Notes: a model not told the origin generated them from the sequence alone. Counted from the first letter of the stretch, positions 1 to 11,214 are shown. The stretch is DNA of 64,000 nt from Sedimentisphaerales bacterium (GCA_963666285.1 OY762711.1), one strand, 5' to 3'. Numbers and translations: made by a program.

Positions 1-385
1 GTCTGCTGACCAATTTGTAATACTCTTTCAGCAGCAAGTCCAGACTTGTCTCCAGTTGCAACAACAAATACCGTCAGGCCGCTGTTAATATCCGGAATAG
101 TCAGCATATCACTTGCCAGTACCGCAGAACCAACAAAACTGACTGCCGGATTTCCGTTAAGGCTATTCGAGACATAAACAGGTGCTTCTTTGCCACTGCC
201 CTGGAGGACATCTCCGTTAACAGAATCCGATACTGCAGAATCTCCCCAGGCTGTAATAGCATCACCATCACTAAGCCCGCTTATAGAACCAGCGTCCAGA
301 TGGATAATCATACCATCAGTTACCAACTGTGCCCCGGCAAAAACAGAAAGAGACATAACAATAAAACAACCAAGCTCTTTTGCAT
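1..385 (-). CDS. N-terminal part of a secreted LamG-like protein (runs off window); probable 1-nt frameshift in signal peptide
   Basis: GGAGG then ATG at 385 gives MQKSLVVLLLCL, which stops early. Another frame is open to the window edge (SVFAGAQLVTDGMIIHLDAGSISGLSDGDAITAWGDS...APVYVSNSLNGNPAVSF), resembling the start of a LamG-like domain. Confidence 0.55.
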
Positions 386-448
386 TTCAAATATCCTCCG
401 AAAATGATAATAAGTTAAATTTTCAAATTATTCGCTACACAGCGAACA

Positions 449-2131
449 TCAATCAATTTTCAATGTAGGTCGGCCCAAAACACACCAATCATAATCAGAA
501 TTCTTATCATGATCGGTTACAACAATACTTATAAATTCAGAACCAGCAGGAATAGGTATAGAAATATCAGCGATATGATCAACGGCATTAAAAAACCTGG
601 ATAATACACATTTGTTATCAACAAATAAGTAAAGGGTTAACTCAATATTTTTTCTTTTTATATCACCGCTATTGGATAAATGAATAATCTCATCCGGTAT
701 ACCGCAAAATGCGGTAAAACTGATAGTTGAATCTACCGGATACAAACTAATTATATTGTTAATATCAAAGGTAATCCCTATATTTGAATGGAGATATAAC
801 GCCGGGGATTCCTTTGTGCCGTATGTAACACCATCCAGGGACAGATCATGCAGATAAAATTCCTTTTCTTTAGATACAAGCAAAGGATATTTGACCCTGT
901 CTTTAACAGCCGGACCATTCATTATTGCAATACGATAATCACCGCGAGTTTCTTCAAAACTGCTGTAAGTGTCATTATTTGAATTTATTACAACATCTTC
1001 TATACCATTAGGAACAAAAACACCATCAATAAACGGGTGATCTACTTTAGTATAGGCATTTTTAACTTTAGGAAATTCGACCAAAGTCGGCTCTCTAAGA
1101 TACTTGCCGGAACTTGGATCGATACCGGTTCCGATTTGCCCCTTGCCAAAGCCATCTCCGCCACCAACAATATCAGCAAGGTCGATATGTTTTTGGCCAC
1201 GCCAGACAAAACGAGAGCTTGAATTTATATTCCTGGCAAAAGATTCCTGCTGAACAGGAATATCTTCCAGGGATTTATTCGCAGCGTCAAATCTCATGGC
1301 ATAATTTTCATTTACGATCCTGGTCTCCTTCTTACTTTCTTTGAGACCGGCATACAATTGAACAGAACCATCCAAAACATGAACTTCTGATGAACCATTT
1401 TTCTCTACCTGTACACCAAATTCAGTACCTAAATCGATGTATTTCGCTGCTGTACTGTCCACGGTAAAACCCTGTCCGACCTGGGATACTTTTGCATATA
1501 TGCGTCCATAGCCAAGATATATTCCATCTCTTTCAATTTCGAACTCGGCAGGACCTTCAATAACGACATCTACCCCTTCATCGTAAGCTAATTTTATAAT
1601 CCCTTTTTCCAACTTGTAGGGTTCCTGGTAAATACGCACTCTTTCATTAGGAACGAGCTTACCTGAAGTGCTATCCCATTGTACACCTATTTGATCTACA
1701 ACAGTTGCAACAGAAACAGAATGATCCGGCTTAAACACATGACCGAATATTATAAAGCCAATCATCAGTACAGCAGCAATATATACTATCTTATCAAATG
1801 CCTGGAAAAACTTACTTCGCATTTGCGGTTTTTCAGGAATACTAACTTCATTATAGACAACAACAGGAGGTTCCGGCTTAGCAACAAAAACCTCTGGTGC
1901 ATTCTGTTCAAAATCTGCCAGATCTGCCAGCATAATCTTTTCATACTCTGATGTCCAGTTAGAAGAATTCAAAGCATTATTCATTGAGATAAGATCAAGG
2001 TAAAAAGAACGAGCTGCTGCATCTGAACTTAATAAATCATTAAGACGCTTAAACTGTATATCTGAAATCTCACCTGCCAGAGATAGATTTACAAGATAAC
2101 GAACATCACTGATAATTGATTCGTTACTCAT
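449..2131 (-). CDS. FecR-like anti-sigma factor (TM helix, FecR domain, C-terminal NPCBM-like beta-sandwich)
   Basis: 560 aa; TM YIAAVLMIGFIIF; FecR motif IDLGTEFGV..EVHVLDGSV; overlaps upstream ECF gene by 4 nt. Confidence 0.85.
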   Translation of the reverse strand: MSNESIISDVRYLVNLSLAGEISDIQFKRLNDLLSSDAAARSFYLDLISMNNALNSSNWTSEYEKIMLADLADFEQNAPEVFVAKPEPPVVVYNEVSIPEKPQMRSKFFQAFDKIVYIAAVLMIGFIIFGHVFKPDHSVSVATVVDQIGVQWDSTSGKLVPNERVRIYQEPYKLEKGIIKLAYDEGVDVVIEGPAEFEIERDGIYLGYGRIYAKVSQVGQGFTVDSTAAKYIDLGTEFGVQVEKNGSSEVHVLDGSVQLYAGLKESKKETRIVNENYAMRFDAANKSLEDIPVQQESFARNINSSSRFVWRGQKHIDLADIVGGGDGFGKGQIGTGIDPSSGKYLREPTLVEFPKVKNAYTKVDHPFIDGVFVPNGIEDVVINSNNDTYSSFEETRGDYRIAIMNGPAVKDRVKYPLLVSKEKEFYLHDLSLDGVTYGTKESPALYLHSNIGITFDINNIISLYPVDSTISFTAFCGIPDEIIHLSNSGDIKRKNIELTLYLFVDNKCVLSRFFNAVDHIADISIPIPAGSEFISIVVTDHDKNSDYDWCVLGRPTLKID

Positions 2132-2664
2132 ACGCCCTTCTCCTCAAATGAAATCGCCTGCTTGAGACATATCAGAAGCGAACCCTGAACACGTGAAATA
2201 TTTCGGTATACAGTCTGTACTGTTTTACCCAAAACGCCGGCCATATCCTTTATTTTCTGCCCTTCATGATACCTCATCAGAATAATTCTTTTATCCTGTT
2301 CGGGCAGTTTTTGGTAGCAACTCTTTATATATGTCAAGAACTCATTGGTCTTATCCTGCCTTTTTTCCTGATCTTCCTGGAGAGATTCTAATACAGTATT
2401 ATCAAACTGAATTTCTTTGCGACGCCTTTTTTTATTCCTGAACTCCAAAACACGATAACGCGCAATCGTTATCCCCCAGGCCAGAAAATTGGACCCTTCC
2501 TTGAAATCATCAAACTTATCCCACATCATTTTACTGGTATCCTGCATGATATCAGAGGCATCCTGAAAATTAGGCACCATCGATAAGATATATGACTGAA
2601 TCTTACCTTGATATGTTGTAAGTAAACTTACAAACTGTTGAACTTTGTTTTGATGATCTTCCAT
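2128..2664 (-). CDS. ECF sigma-70 factor (Planctomycete/Verrucomicrobia type)
   Basis: 178 aa; DASDIMQDT..MW..FDDFKEGSNFLAWGITIARY region 2; C-terminal HTH region 4. Confidence 0.9.
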   Translation of the reverse strand: MEDHQNKVQQFVSLLTTYQGKIQSYILSMVPNFQDASDIMQDTSKMMWDKFDDFKEGSNFLAWGITIARYRVLEFRNKKRRRKEIQFDNTVLESLQEDQEKRQDKTNEFLTYIKSCYQKLPEQDKRIILMRYHEGQKIKDMAGVLGKTVQTVYRNISRVQGSLLICLKQAISFEEKGV

Positions 2665-2975
2665 ATTGTTAATCTAAAAGAAATATTCTATTTGTCTACT
2701 ATAATAGGAACCACACTATTCATTTTTAACGCAAATAATTATTTTTTTAGAATTACCAGCAAAGCCACATATCTAATTAAATAACAACCACTTACAACAA
2801 ATACAGCTAAATCTTTTTTTTCAGCAAAACCTGAATAATTTTTAGGGTATACTAAATTATAATATTTAACTCTCTAACCATAGCTACTTTTGGAAGCCAT
2901 CCAATGTATGCCTGCAAAGCTCTTCTTATAAATCTTGAAATCATTGAATTAGAAACAATCTGATATTTCACACAA

Positions 2976-4385
2976 CTATAAATCAGCACAAATATTGACT
3001 GGATAGGAATCACCACTTGCACCGGAGGAATTGGATGCTGAAATCGTGTAATAGTAAACATCACCTGATTTAACATCAAAGTCGGAATATGCCGGCTGCA
3101 GCACATTTTCGGCTATGACATAATATGGGCCATCAGGTGATGCTGCACGCTTGACGGTATAATATTCGGCTTTAATGGCTGATATCCAGGTAAGCTCTAC
3201 ATTCTTAGCCCCCTTTTTGGCAATCAGCCCAGCTGGTGATGACGTAGAGTTACCATTTATTTGCTGCAGACCAGATTTTCTGGAAAAAAGCAGAGTACCA
3301 TAGCCGGGATGGTCTGCTCCAGGTCTCCATTGTCCTTCCGGGCGAACCTTTGACGCTGCCTTTTCGGTATAAGGGGCAGCAATGTTAACCCTGTTGACAT
3401 AATGATTATATACCATTTCAAATATAGCACGCAGTCTTCCCCGCTCTTTTGTTGAAATATTTTTATGATGGTATTTACCCGTTTTGTCAATTGTCTCGAC
3501 AAAAGGAACATCTTCACCAAGATTATACTTAGCGGTATATTCAAATCCTTTCAGCAAACGATAATCCTCGTATGCATACAGGTCCAGTCCCTGCTGCCAG
3601 GCAATTTCACAACAGGCCGCCATCAACGCCAGGCCAAGTTGAGTATGCTGCTGGTCTCGACCGCTTTCCTGGCACTGACCTGCTTCATTGATAATATAAT
3701 GTGTTATACAGCCATTACCGGAACCGTTAACATAATAACGCAATCCACGCTCAAAAATTGACCTGTCATCACAAAAAACTCCAATTGCCATAACAGTCTG
3801 TATGGCAGCGATATCCCAGTTGCCATTGGCAAATCCGGCAAAATCCTTGACAATCGGATAAATCACATCAAGAAACATAACCTCGCATCGCCTGATCTCC
3901 TCCTCCGGCCAGCCGGTATCGGTATAACGGAGTATTTCTGCGGCATTAACCATTTTGAAAGGTCCTAATCCGGCCATCAGGATCGCGTCACGGCCGCTAA
4001 CTCGCTTGAGCATCTTTGACCATGAATTGATAATATCTATTGATTTATCTGCATAAGCTTTATTACCGGTTATAACCCACATCAAAGCTAATTGATAAGA
4101 AGCGTTGGCATCAGAATCAAATTCTCGAAACTTAACATTAGGGTTACGCCCTATTTCCTCTGCCGGACCGCGCATACGATACTCCAGTTGAGAAGCAGGG
4201 TCAGCCTTGAATACATCAAACCCACTCTTAAAGGGCTCGATATCCTGATTAACCATAGTCTTTATTCTGTTCAAATCGCTACTGCTATGCAGTAAACCGG
4301 GATGATTGAAAGATGCCATTAACGGAAAAGTTAAGACTGCTTCCAACAAACATATCAGAAAAATATGACAGCATTGTCTCTTCAA
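2976..4385 (-). CDS. Alginate-lyase-family (alpha/alpha toroid) secreted protein with C-terminal FN3
   Basis: FNHPGLLHS, ANGNWD, GQCQESGRDQQH, GFEYTAKYNLG motifs; FN3 LTW..YTVKRA..YYYTISA; signal peptide. Confidence 0.8.
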   Translation of the reverse strand: MKRQCCHIFLICLLEAVLTFPLMASFNHPGLLHSSSDLNRIKTMVNQDIEPFKSGFDVFKADPASQLEYRMRGPAEEIGRNPNVKFREFDSDANASYQLALMWVITGNKAYADKSIDIINSWSKMLKRVSGRDAILMAGLGPFKMVNAAEILRYTDTGWPEEEIRRCEVMFLDVIYPIVKDFAGFANGNWDIAAIQTVMAIGVFCDDRSIFERGLRYYVNGSGNGCITHYIINEAGQCQESGRDQQHTQLGLALMAACCEIAWQQGLDLYAYEDYRLLKGFEYTAKYNLGEDVPFVETIDKTGKYHHKNISTKERGRLRAIFEMVYNHYVNRVNIAAPYTEKAASKVRPEGQWRPGADHPGYGTLLFSRKSGLQQINGNSTSSPAGLIAKKGAKNVELTWISAIKAEYYTVKRAASPDGPYYVIAENVLQPAYSDFDVKSGDVYYYTISASNSSGASGDSYPVNICADL

Positions 4386-4445
4386 ATTCTCACCTCATTA
4401 AATATCTTTTATTCTAAAAACTAATAATGTGTTTTCCTGGAACAA

Positions 4446-6503
4446 CTACTCCATAATCACTTCTTCACCATTGGCAGTAAAGATAAGTCTATCTACATTT
4501 TTGATTGATACTGAAGCTTGATTACAATCAGTTAATAATTGCCCCCCAACATATATATCTTTCAGAAATAAGTTTTTAATATCAATAAATATAAAAGGTC
4601 TGGCAGGATCAGCAAACCAACAATTGTCAAAAATAACATGGCGAGGGGTAAAACCGTTAAAGTCGTTACCCACAGGTATTGCCACATTTTCTGCCTGGTT
4701 ACCAGCAAAAGAGCAATTCATAAAAATCAGATCTTCATAGCAGGGATAACTCTTCTTTGAGCCGTTCTGTGCCCTGACAGCACTACCGGCATTACGTATT
4801 ACAGAGTGAAAATTATTCAAAATATAACTCTTGAGCTTATAACTTTCATATTCCCCCGGCTCTCCTTTCCAGCGGGTATTGGCTCCAAGCCGCACGCTAT
4901 TGGCAAAGCCGCTCCAGGCAAGAACATTATTAACCACGATCTTTTCCGAGTCATCTGTATCCCATTTAAGCCTGGCTTTATTGTAAACGGCGGCAGCAGC
5001 ACAAATATTACTTTTCATTGCTTCCATCTTAGACTTGTCATCCCCCTTTGCCCGGTCCAAATCATCCAGAAAACGTCGCGGGAATTCATCTCCGGGATTA
5101 TAATGCCCGGAGGCAAATGTATCATCATTGCCAAGCGTAAACGCTCCATTAACAGTAACATTACGACCACTGGTCAAATCCAGTCCATCTACCCAGGCAT
5201 GGCAAAAAGGAGACAGCCCTTTAATATTATTATATGTCACATTCCTAACCGTATGACATTCCCAGTTCCACTGTTTCACATCTCGAACATATGTATCGTT
5301 GAAAGTGATATCTGAGCAATGCACCAGCATAGCACCACCCTGATGAGGAGTGTCCCTGGCATCCTTTCGATCAAGTTGAAGCGTATAACAGCCATTTCCG
5401 TCTATTATTCCACGGCCTGAAATATTGATATTTGAAGAATACCATATCCCTATTGCAGGCTCCAATGCCTGTTTACATTCCTGAATACGATTAACCAACA
5501 AAGCATCTTCACCCAGATATATATTCAGCTTCCCATCTGCACCGTTACCATTCCAGTTTTTTATGCAAAGACCTGACCATATGTATGTTCCCGCAGGAAA
5601 ATAAATAGTATCCAGCCGGGGGCTTTTTCTAACCTTTTCCAGGGCGGCCTGAAATGCATCAGATACATCGTTTCTATCTCTTACCCGCTTATCTGGAAAC
5701 TGGACATCCTTTTTCTGGGGATCAACATATATGCCGGCTTCATATCGCCAGGTAAACAACTCTTTGCTATTGCGACTGGTATCGGTTACTACTCCTGCCG
5801 GACGACATATCCGGCCTTCTTTATCATCGATAGGATGAGCCTGGAGATATTTGGTTGCAAAAGTCTTAAAATTAAGTACATTCTCGGCATTAATATCAGG
5901 TTTCTCCAATTCCGGCGGGTCTTTTATAACAGCCAGCATAGGTATCCCTGCCGTGTCCTTTAACGTTCCGTTGACATTCACAATACAATACGGCAGGTTT
6001 TCAGCCATATTAAAGGTTAATACACTTTTATCGCTGCTTATACTCAACTTTTCTGTTGGATAGTATCGCTCAGGATATATTTCAACACTTTTAATATCAG
6101 TACCATCTATTAACTTGATTTGAATCTGGGGAGTAGAATCTGACACAGAAAACCTTGCAATATCAAAATTATGGTATTTCCTGCTGTCATACCCTTTTTT
6201 ATATTGATAAATTGAAATAGAGATCCCATTAGTAGCCATTTCATACTTACTTGATAACTGGTACTGCTTATTTCTTACAATATCGTCGCTGGCCACAATA
6301 TCAGATTCATCTACATCAATAGTAGCGGGATCATCTCCTGATTTGCCATAATCATGCACCATGTTTCCTTCTGCATCCGCTGAAAAAAGTTCAGGAGGCA
6401 ATATTGATATTAAGAAAACCAATACTGCCAATTTTATAAAAACATTGATTAATTTTATTCTGCAATCTGGAAATATGTTGTAGCTATTCATTATCATACT
6501 CAT
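4446..6503 (-). CDS. Pectin-lyase-fold beta-helix protein (GH28-like glycoside hydrolase)
   Basis: AFQAAL..IYFPAGTY, ISGRGIIDGNG, DGLD..GNDD motifs; signal peptide. Confidence 0.7.
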   Translation of the reverse strand: MSMIMNSYNIFPDCRIKLINVFIKLAVLVFLISILPPELFSADAEGNMVHDYGKSGDDPATIDVDESDIVASDDIVRNKQYQLSSKYEMATNGISISIYQYKKGYDSRKYHNFDIARFSVSDSTPQIQIKLIDGTDIKSVEIYPERYYPTEKLSISSDKSVLTFNMAENLPYCIVNVNGTLKDTAGIPMLAVIKDPPELEKPDINAENVLNFKTFATKYLQAHPIDDKEGRICRPAGVVTDTSRNSKELFTWRYEAGIYVDPQKKDVQFPDKRVRDRNDVSDAFQAALEKVRKSPRLDTIYFPAGTYIWSGLCIKNWNGNGADGKLNIYLGEDALLVNRIQECKQALEPAIGIWYSSNINISGRGIIDGNGCYTLQLDRKDARDTPHQGGAMLVHCSDITFNDTYVRDVKQWNWECHTVRNVTYNNIKGLSPFCHAWVDGLDLTSGRNVTVNGAFTLGNDDTFASGHYNPGDEFPRRFLDDLDRAKGDDKSKMEAMKSNICAAAAVYNKARLKWDTDDSEKIVVNNVLAWSGFANSVRLGANTRWKGEPGEYESYKLKSYILNNFHSVIRNAGSAVRAQNGSKKSYPCYEDLIFMNCSFAGNQAENVAIPVGNDFNGFTPRHVIFDNCWFADPARPFIFIDIKNLFLKDIYVGGQLLTDCNQASVSIKNVDRLIFTANGEEVIME

Positions 6504-6942
6504 TCATATACAATAATTATGCAATCCTGGCAACTAATCGCCAAAAACGAACTAACGGAGGACTGCCATTATCAGTTAACCTCAAACACGATACGTATTT
6601 TATAAAAGACAATGGTTATTGTTAATATAAAAAAACAGCAAGAAATAGTACTCAGATACCAATCAAGTAATCACATAAGTACTCCTTAAGCCCTAAACCC
6701 CAAAATGGCATACAACTCAACCCAAACAACCACAAACCACACAACAGCTTACAAACAATACACTTACACAAAAGAGAGCCTTTATGCTTTATATCAAATA
6801 CAGATTAAAGCCTTACATCACATTTCTATATATAAGCAAATTTACAATAAAACTAATGATAATGGTTTCAATTCCTATTGACAGGCAGGCTGGTATTTGC
6901 CATAAATATCACTAAAATAATAAAAAATGAAACCTATTATTA

Positions 6943-7126
6943 AGTGCGGTTTCGCACTTTTGACTGTTCAACATTATACGCAAAGGCCGGAACAGGGCCT
7001 TGTGAATAAAAAACTTACCATTTAATTGTATTTTCAAGTTATTTCTCGAAAGTATATTTAATTCAAAGTGTTACAGGAAGGCCCTTTTAGGCGATTTTTG
7101 CAACTTAAAAACTGCGAAAGTAAACT
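6943..7126. mobile_element. MITE-like element, copy 1
   Basis: Similar to 40844..41045; imperfect terminal inverted repeats AGTnnnnTTTCGCAnTTTT; flanked by ATTA/ATTA 4-bp direct repeat. Confidence 0.7.
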
Positions 7127-7389
7127 ATTAATAGCAGTGTAAATATGTATAGTTAGCAAGGTTACATCATTATTTACGTCAAGAAATGCTAATATCCAAA
7201 CAAACTCATACCGCCTGCATTTTTTTTATTATTTATGCAAACAACACATGATTTTACTGGATAGCATAGGAGCTAAAAATTAAAATACTTATACTTAAAA
7301 CCTGCCGACAACATAGCTACATAAATTGAAAGTATCAATTTGTAATTCGACTATATAGAAATCATTTATAAATTTACAGGAATTATATA

Positions 7390-10300
7390 ATGAAAACATT
7401 TAAACATTTATCAGCATTACTAGTTATATTAACAACATTAGCAGGAACTGCCTGGAGCCAAACCATAGAACTTGGAATTTTTGACCAGTACAAATGGGAT
7501 CAGGCTAAAGTCATGGCAGATGCTGATACCGTGGGATTAGATACCTACCCCAACGCTGATACCATCATGATTTGTGACCATACTATAGATTATTATCAGC
7601 CGGATGCGACCTATGTAAGCTGGATGGACATGTATGAAAAAATACTTACCGAAAAAGGTAAACGCAGTAAACAGACCCTGACTCTGCCGTTCAATGAGAC
7701 ATATTCGACCTGGGAGGTATTACTCATCGAAATAATAAAACCAGACGGGACAGTTACTACCATAGATGCCGACAGTAATGGAAAGGTAATGATTGACAGG
7801 TCACAGATGTCAATGAATATTTACGATCCGGCTCAAAAAATCCTGCAAATCGGTATGCCCGGTGTAGAAATCGGTGATGTAGTGCACACTATAATCGCCA
7901 GGAATAATTACAAGCCGCGAGCCAAGGGCATATGGTGCACGCTGCAGGAATTTGAAAGTGATTCTCCGACACGCAATTTTGTCTACGAAATACACGAGCC
8001 AAGTGAACTGCCTCTTCAGCGAGTAGAAATAAAAGACCAGATTGAAAATACGGTAACATCCAGCACCAGAGAAGAAAATGGCCGAAAGGTCTACCGCTGG
8101 GAAGTAAAGAATGTCCCACAGATATTCGAAGAACCGGCGATGCCGGCATCACACACGGTAGCCCAGCGTCTGCTGGTCAGCACTGCCCCGGACTGGAAAG
8201 CCGTATCTAGCTGGTATTACAAACTTTGCGAACCTTTCCTGGCACCAAGTGACGAAATGAAGGCAAAAGTCACCGAGTTGATCGCAAACTGTACCACCGA
8301 CAAAGAAAAGACTGAGGCTATATTCAAATTTGTCTCACAGGAGATACGGTACCTGGGAATTATACCCGAAGGAGAAGATGAGGCACCGGGATATCAGCCT
8401 CATTACGTAACAAAAACGTTTGATAACCGACATGGCGTATGCCGGGATAAGGCTGCCTTGCTGGCATCAATGCTCAGACTGGCCGATTTGGAGGCATTCC
8501 CGGTATTGATCAATAACGGCCCCAAAATGGACATGGAAGTTCCTTTGCCGTATTTCAACCATGCGATTACCGGAATACTAAATGCTGATGGCAGCTATAC
8601 GCTAATGGACTCTACTGATGAGAACACAAAAGAGCTGTTTCCGGCATATCTGTGCGACAAGAGCTACCTGGTGGCCCGCCCGGACGGAGAAACATTGCAG
8701 GTCTCGGCAATAGTACCGGCAACAGAAAACCTGATGCTGGTTAATACAAAAGGAAAAATCACCTCAAAGGGTGACCTGGAAGCTCAATGCCACCTTGAGT
8801 TTAACGGCATAAATGACAACGCTTACCGCAGCTATTTCGCACGCAGCACCCCCGAACAGCGACGCCAATTCTTTGAATCTGTTATCAAAAGTGTTGTCGC
8901 AGGAGCAACCTTGAGCGATTGCGAGATTAAACCGGCAGATATGATGGACACATCCATGCCCCTGGAAGCAGATTTGACCTTTACCGCTGAAGATGTGCTG
9001 ATAGGTCAGAATGATACTATCATGGTACCGGCAATTAGTATGGACCGCAGTGTCGGTATGGCAAACTTTGTACTGCGCAACACCGGGCTGGAAAAACGCA
9101 GGTTCCCGATGCAGACAAGATATGCCTGCGGAGTTCGCCAGACACTGGAATTGGAGCTTGACCCGGCAATTGGCCAGGCACTATCGATCCCTCAATATGA
9201 TAAAATCGATGATGAGATAATTCTCCAGGAACGTAATTTCGATTTCAAAGATGGTAAACTCACAGGCAGCGGCACCTTCCTGATCAAATTAACCGAGGTA
9301 AGCCCTGAACAGTACCTGGTATTGAAAGATCATCTTCGAACAATGGAATATAATGATCGAAAAATGGCAATCTTTGCCAAGCCTTCTGATGAAGACACTG
9401 CTGAGGTAGTGTTCAAAAATATCGAGCATGTTTATAAGCTGACTGATGCCGGTAACTGGACCGAAACTGTTTCTGTAAAAAAACAGATCAAAACATATAA
9501 CGGACTAAAAGAGAATGCCGAGCTGAAATTTAATTTCAACGAAGGCTGGGAAACTATAGAACTGCTGTCAGCTAAAGTTACTACCGGTGAAAAAGTTAAG
9601 GAAATAACCAAAGACGAGATAAATCTTATGGATGCCGGATGGGTAGCCTCTGCCCCGCGTTACCCGGCATCAAAGACACTGGTAGCTTCGTTACCCGGAG
9701 TCGAGATCGGCAGTATAATCGAGTATAAATATCAAAGGACTGTCACAAATATGCCGTTTTTTGCGATGACAGAACTTTTTGCCGCCCAGGACCCGGTAGA
9801 ACATAAAATTGTAACGGTCCAGATTCCTGAAAAGCTCTCCCATCGCATAATTGTAGACAATAACGGAATAATGGAAGATGATAATGATGAAAAGGTTATT
9901 AATGAAACCAGCAATACAACCAACGGCATTCTGACTTATGTATTCGAAGCCGATAATCTTGAGCTGATACCGCGTGAAAATAATATGGCACCAAGCTACA
10001 GCTTTGGCCCGACAGTATTGCTTTCGACCGGTGACTGGGTAAAGTATGCCAGGGAACTAAAAAACAGGCTCTATAAGGCTTCTGCCGGCCAGAAAGAGGC
10101 AGAAAATAAGGCTAAGTCTATCGTTGGCAAGATAAAGAGTCGTTCGGATAAAGCTATCGCAATTCGAGATTTTGTTGTTAGAAATATCCGAAAAGTTGGA
10201 CCGGGACCTGGAGCAATTACAAATGATGCCATTACCGCGGCAGATACTACCCTGGCCGACGGGTACGGTAATTCAACCGATAACGCTATATTACTATACG

Positions 10301-11214
10301 TAATGTGCAAAGCCGCTAAACTTAAGCCTGAATTCATACTGGCCGGACGTACATACCAGATAGAATCTCTGCAAAAGACACAGCTGGATTATTCTGAAGC
10401 TTACCTGTTTGGAACAGTCCTGGTACGCGTAAAGATAGATGGCGACTATGTATATTTAAACGATAGTAACCAATATGATAAGCTTGGCGTAACCGGATTT
10501 GATGACTGCCCTATTATGGACCTGGATAATGGTAAAATAACCGAGCTGGATGTTGCCGACGACCTCGAAGACAGGTCATTCCGTCAATACGATATCGCGG
10601 TTAATTCTGATGGCAATGCCAACTTTAAAATATGTAACCGCATTCAGGGCAATAGTTTTGGAAGCCGGAAACGTATGTTTGCCGAGATGCCGCCGGAAAA
10701 GCGAGACCGCTATGTTCAGCAGCTGGTAGCTTCAGTCTCCCAGTCGGCTGCCCTGACCGAGCCGCTGGAAACAAAATACGACAGCTATCCCGGCATAGAA
10801 CAATTTGCGGTCACGGTTGATAAATACGCTGTGTGTGATGGTGATACAATATATTTTGAAGTACCAAACGCACTTGCCGTACTTGGACTGAGAACCGACA
10901 AGCATGAAACCCCATATTATATCGCAGGACCGGTAGAAAGCGATACCACCATAACAGTCAAGCTTCCGGAAGGATACTCCAAAATCCTTATGGCTCCTCC
11001 AGGCAAAGTTTGGCAGCTGCCGGACAATGCCGGTACTTTGACAAGCGAAGTAAGCTGTAATGACTCCGGCATCATGACTATCACCCAAAAAGTACGGTTG
11101 AACGAAGCTGTAGTCGATCCGGATCATTATGCAGAGCTTATGGAAATAAATCGACAGATAAGCCATAAAAACATGGAAATAATTCTTATTAAAAAATCTG
11201 ACTCATCAAATTAG
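7390..11214 (+). CDS. Secreted tandem DUF3857/transglutaminase-like protein
   Basis: 1274 aa; two repeats of PGVEIG..; first module GVCRDKA / FNHAI / MDST triad; signal peptide. Confidence 0.8.
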   Translation: MKTFKHLSALLVILTTLAGTAWSQTIELGIFDQYKWDQAKVMADADTVGLDTYPNADTIMICDHTIDYYQPDATYVSWMDMYEKILTEKGKRSKQTLTLPFNETYSTWEVLLIEIIKPDGTVTTIDADSNGKVMIDRSQMSMNIYDPAQKILQIGMPGVEIGDVVHTIIARNNYKPRAKGIWCTLQEFESDSPTRNFVYEIHEPSELPLQRVEIKDQIENTVTSSTREENGRKVYRWEVKNVPQIFEEPAMPASHTVAQRLLVSTAPDWKAVSSWYYKLCEPFLAPSDEMKAKVTELIANCTTDKEKTEAIFKFVSQEIRYLGIIPEGEDEAPGYQPHYVTKTFDNRHGVCRDKAALLASMLRLADLEAFPVLINNGPKMDMEVPLPYFNHAITGILNADGSYTLMDSTDENTKELFPAYLCDKSYLVARPDGETLQVSAIVPATENLMLVNTKGKITSKGDLEAQCHLEFNGINDNAYRSYFARSTPEQRRQFFESVIKSVVAGATLSDCEIKPADMMDTSMPLEADLTFTAEDVLIGQNDTIMVPAISMDRSVGMANFVLRNTGLEKRRFPMQTRYACGVRQTLELELDPAIGQALSIPQYDKIDDEIILQERNFDFKDGKLTGSGTFLIKLTEVSPEQYLVLKDHLRTMEYNDRKMAIFAKPSDEDTAEVVFKNIEHVYKLTDAGNWTETVSVKKQIKTYNGLKENAELKFNFNEGWETIELLSAKVTTGEKVKEITKDEINLMDAGWVASAPRYPASKTLVASLPGVEIGSIIEYKYQRTVTNMPFFAMTELFAAQDPVEHKIVTVQIPEKLSHRIIVDNNGIMEDDNDEKVINETSNTTNGILTYVFEADNLELIPRENNMAPSYSFGPTVLLSTGDWVKYARELKNRLYKASAGQKEAENKAKSIVGKIKSRSDKAIAIRDFVVRNIRKVGPGPGAITNDAITAADTTLADGYGNSTDNAILLYVMCKAAKLKPEFILAGRTYQIESLQKTQLDYSEAYLFGTVLVRVKIDGDYVYLNDSNQYDKLGVTGFDDCPIMDLDNGKITELDVADDLEDRSFRQYDIAVNSDGNANFKICNRIQGNSFGSRKRMFAEMPPEKRDRYVQQLVASVSQSAALTEPLETKYDSYPGIEQFAVTVDKYAVCDGDTIYFEVPNALAVLGLRTDKHETPYYIAGPVESDTTITVKLPEGYSKILMAPPGKVWQLPDNAGTLTSEVSCNDSGIMTITQKVRLNEAVVDPDHYAELMEINRQISHKNMEIILIKKSDSSN

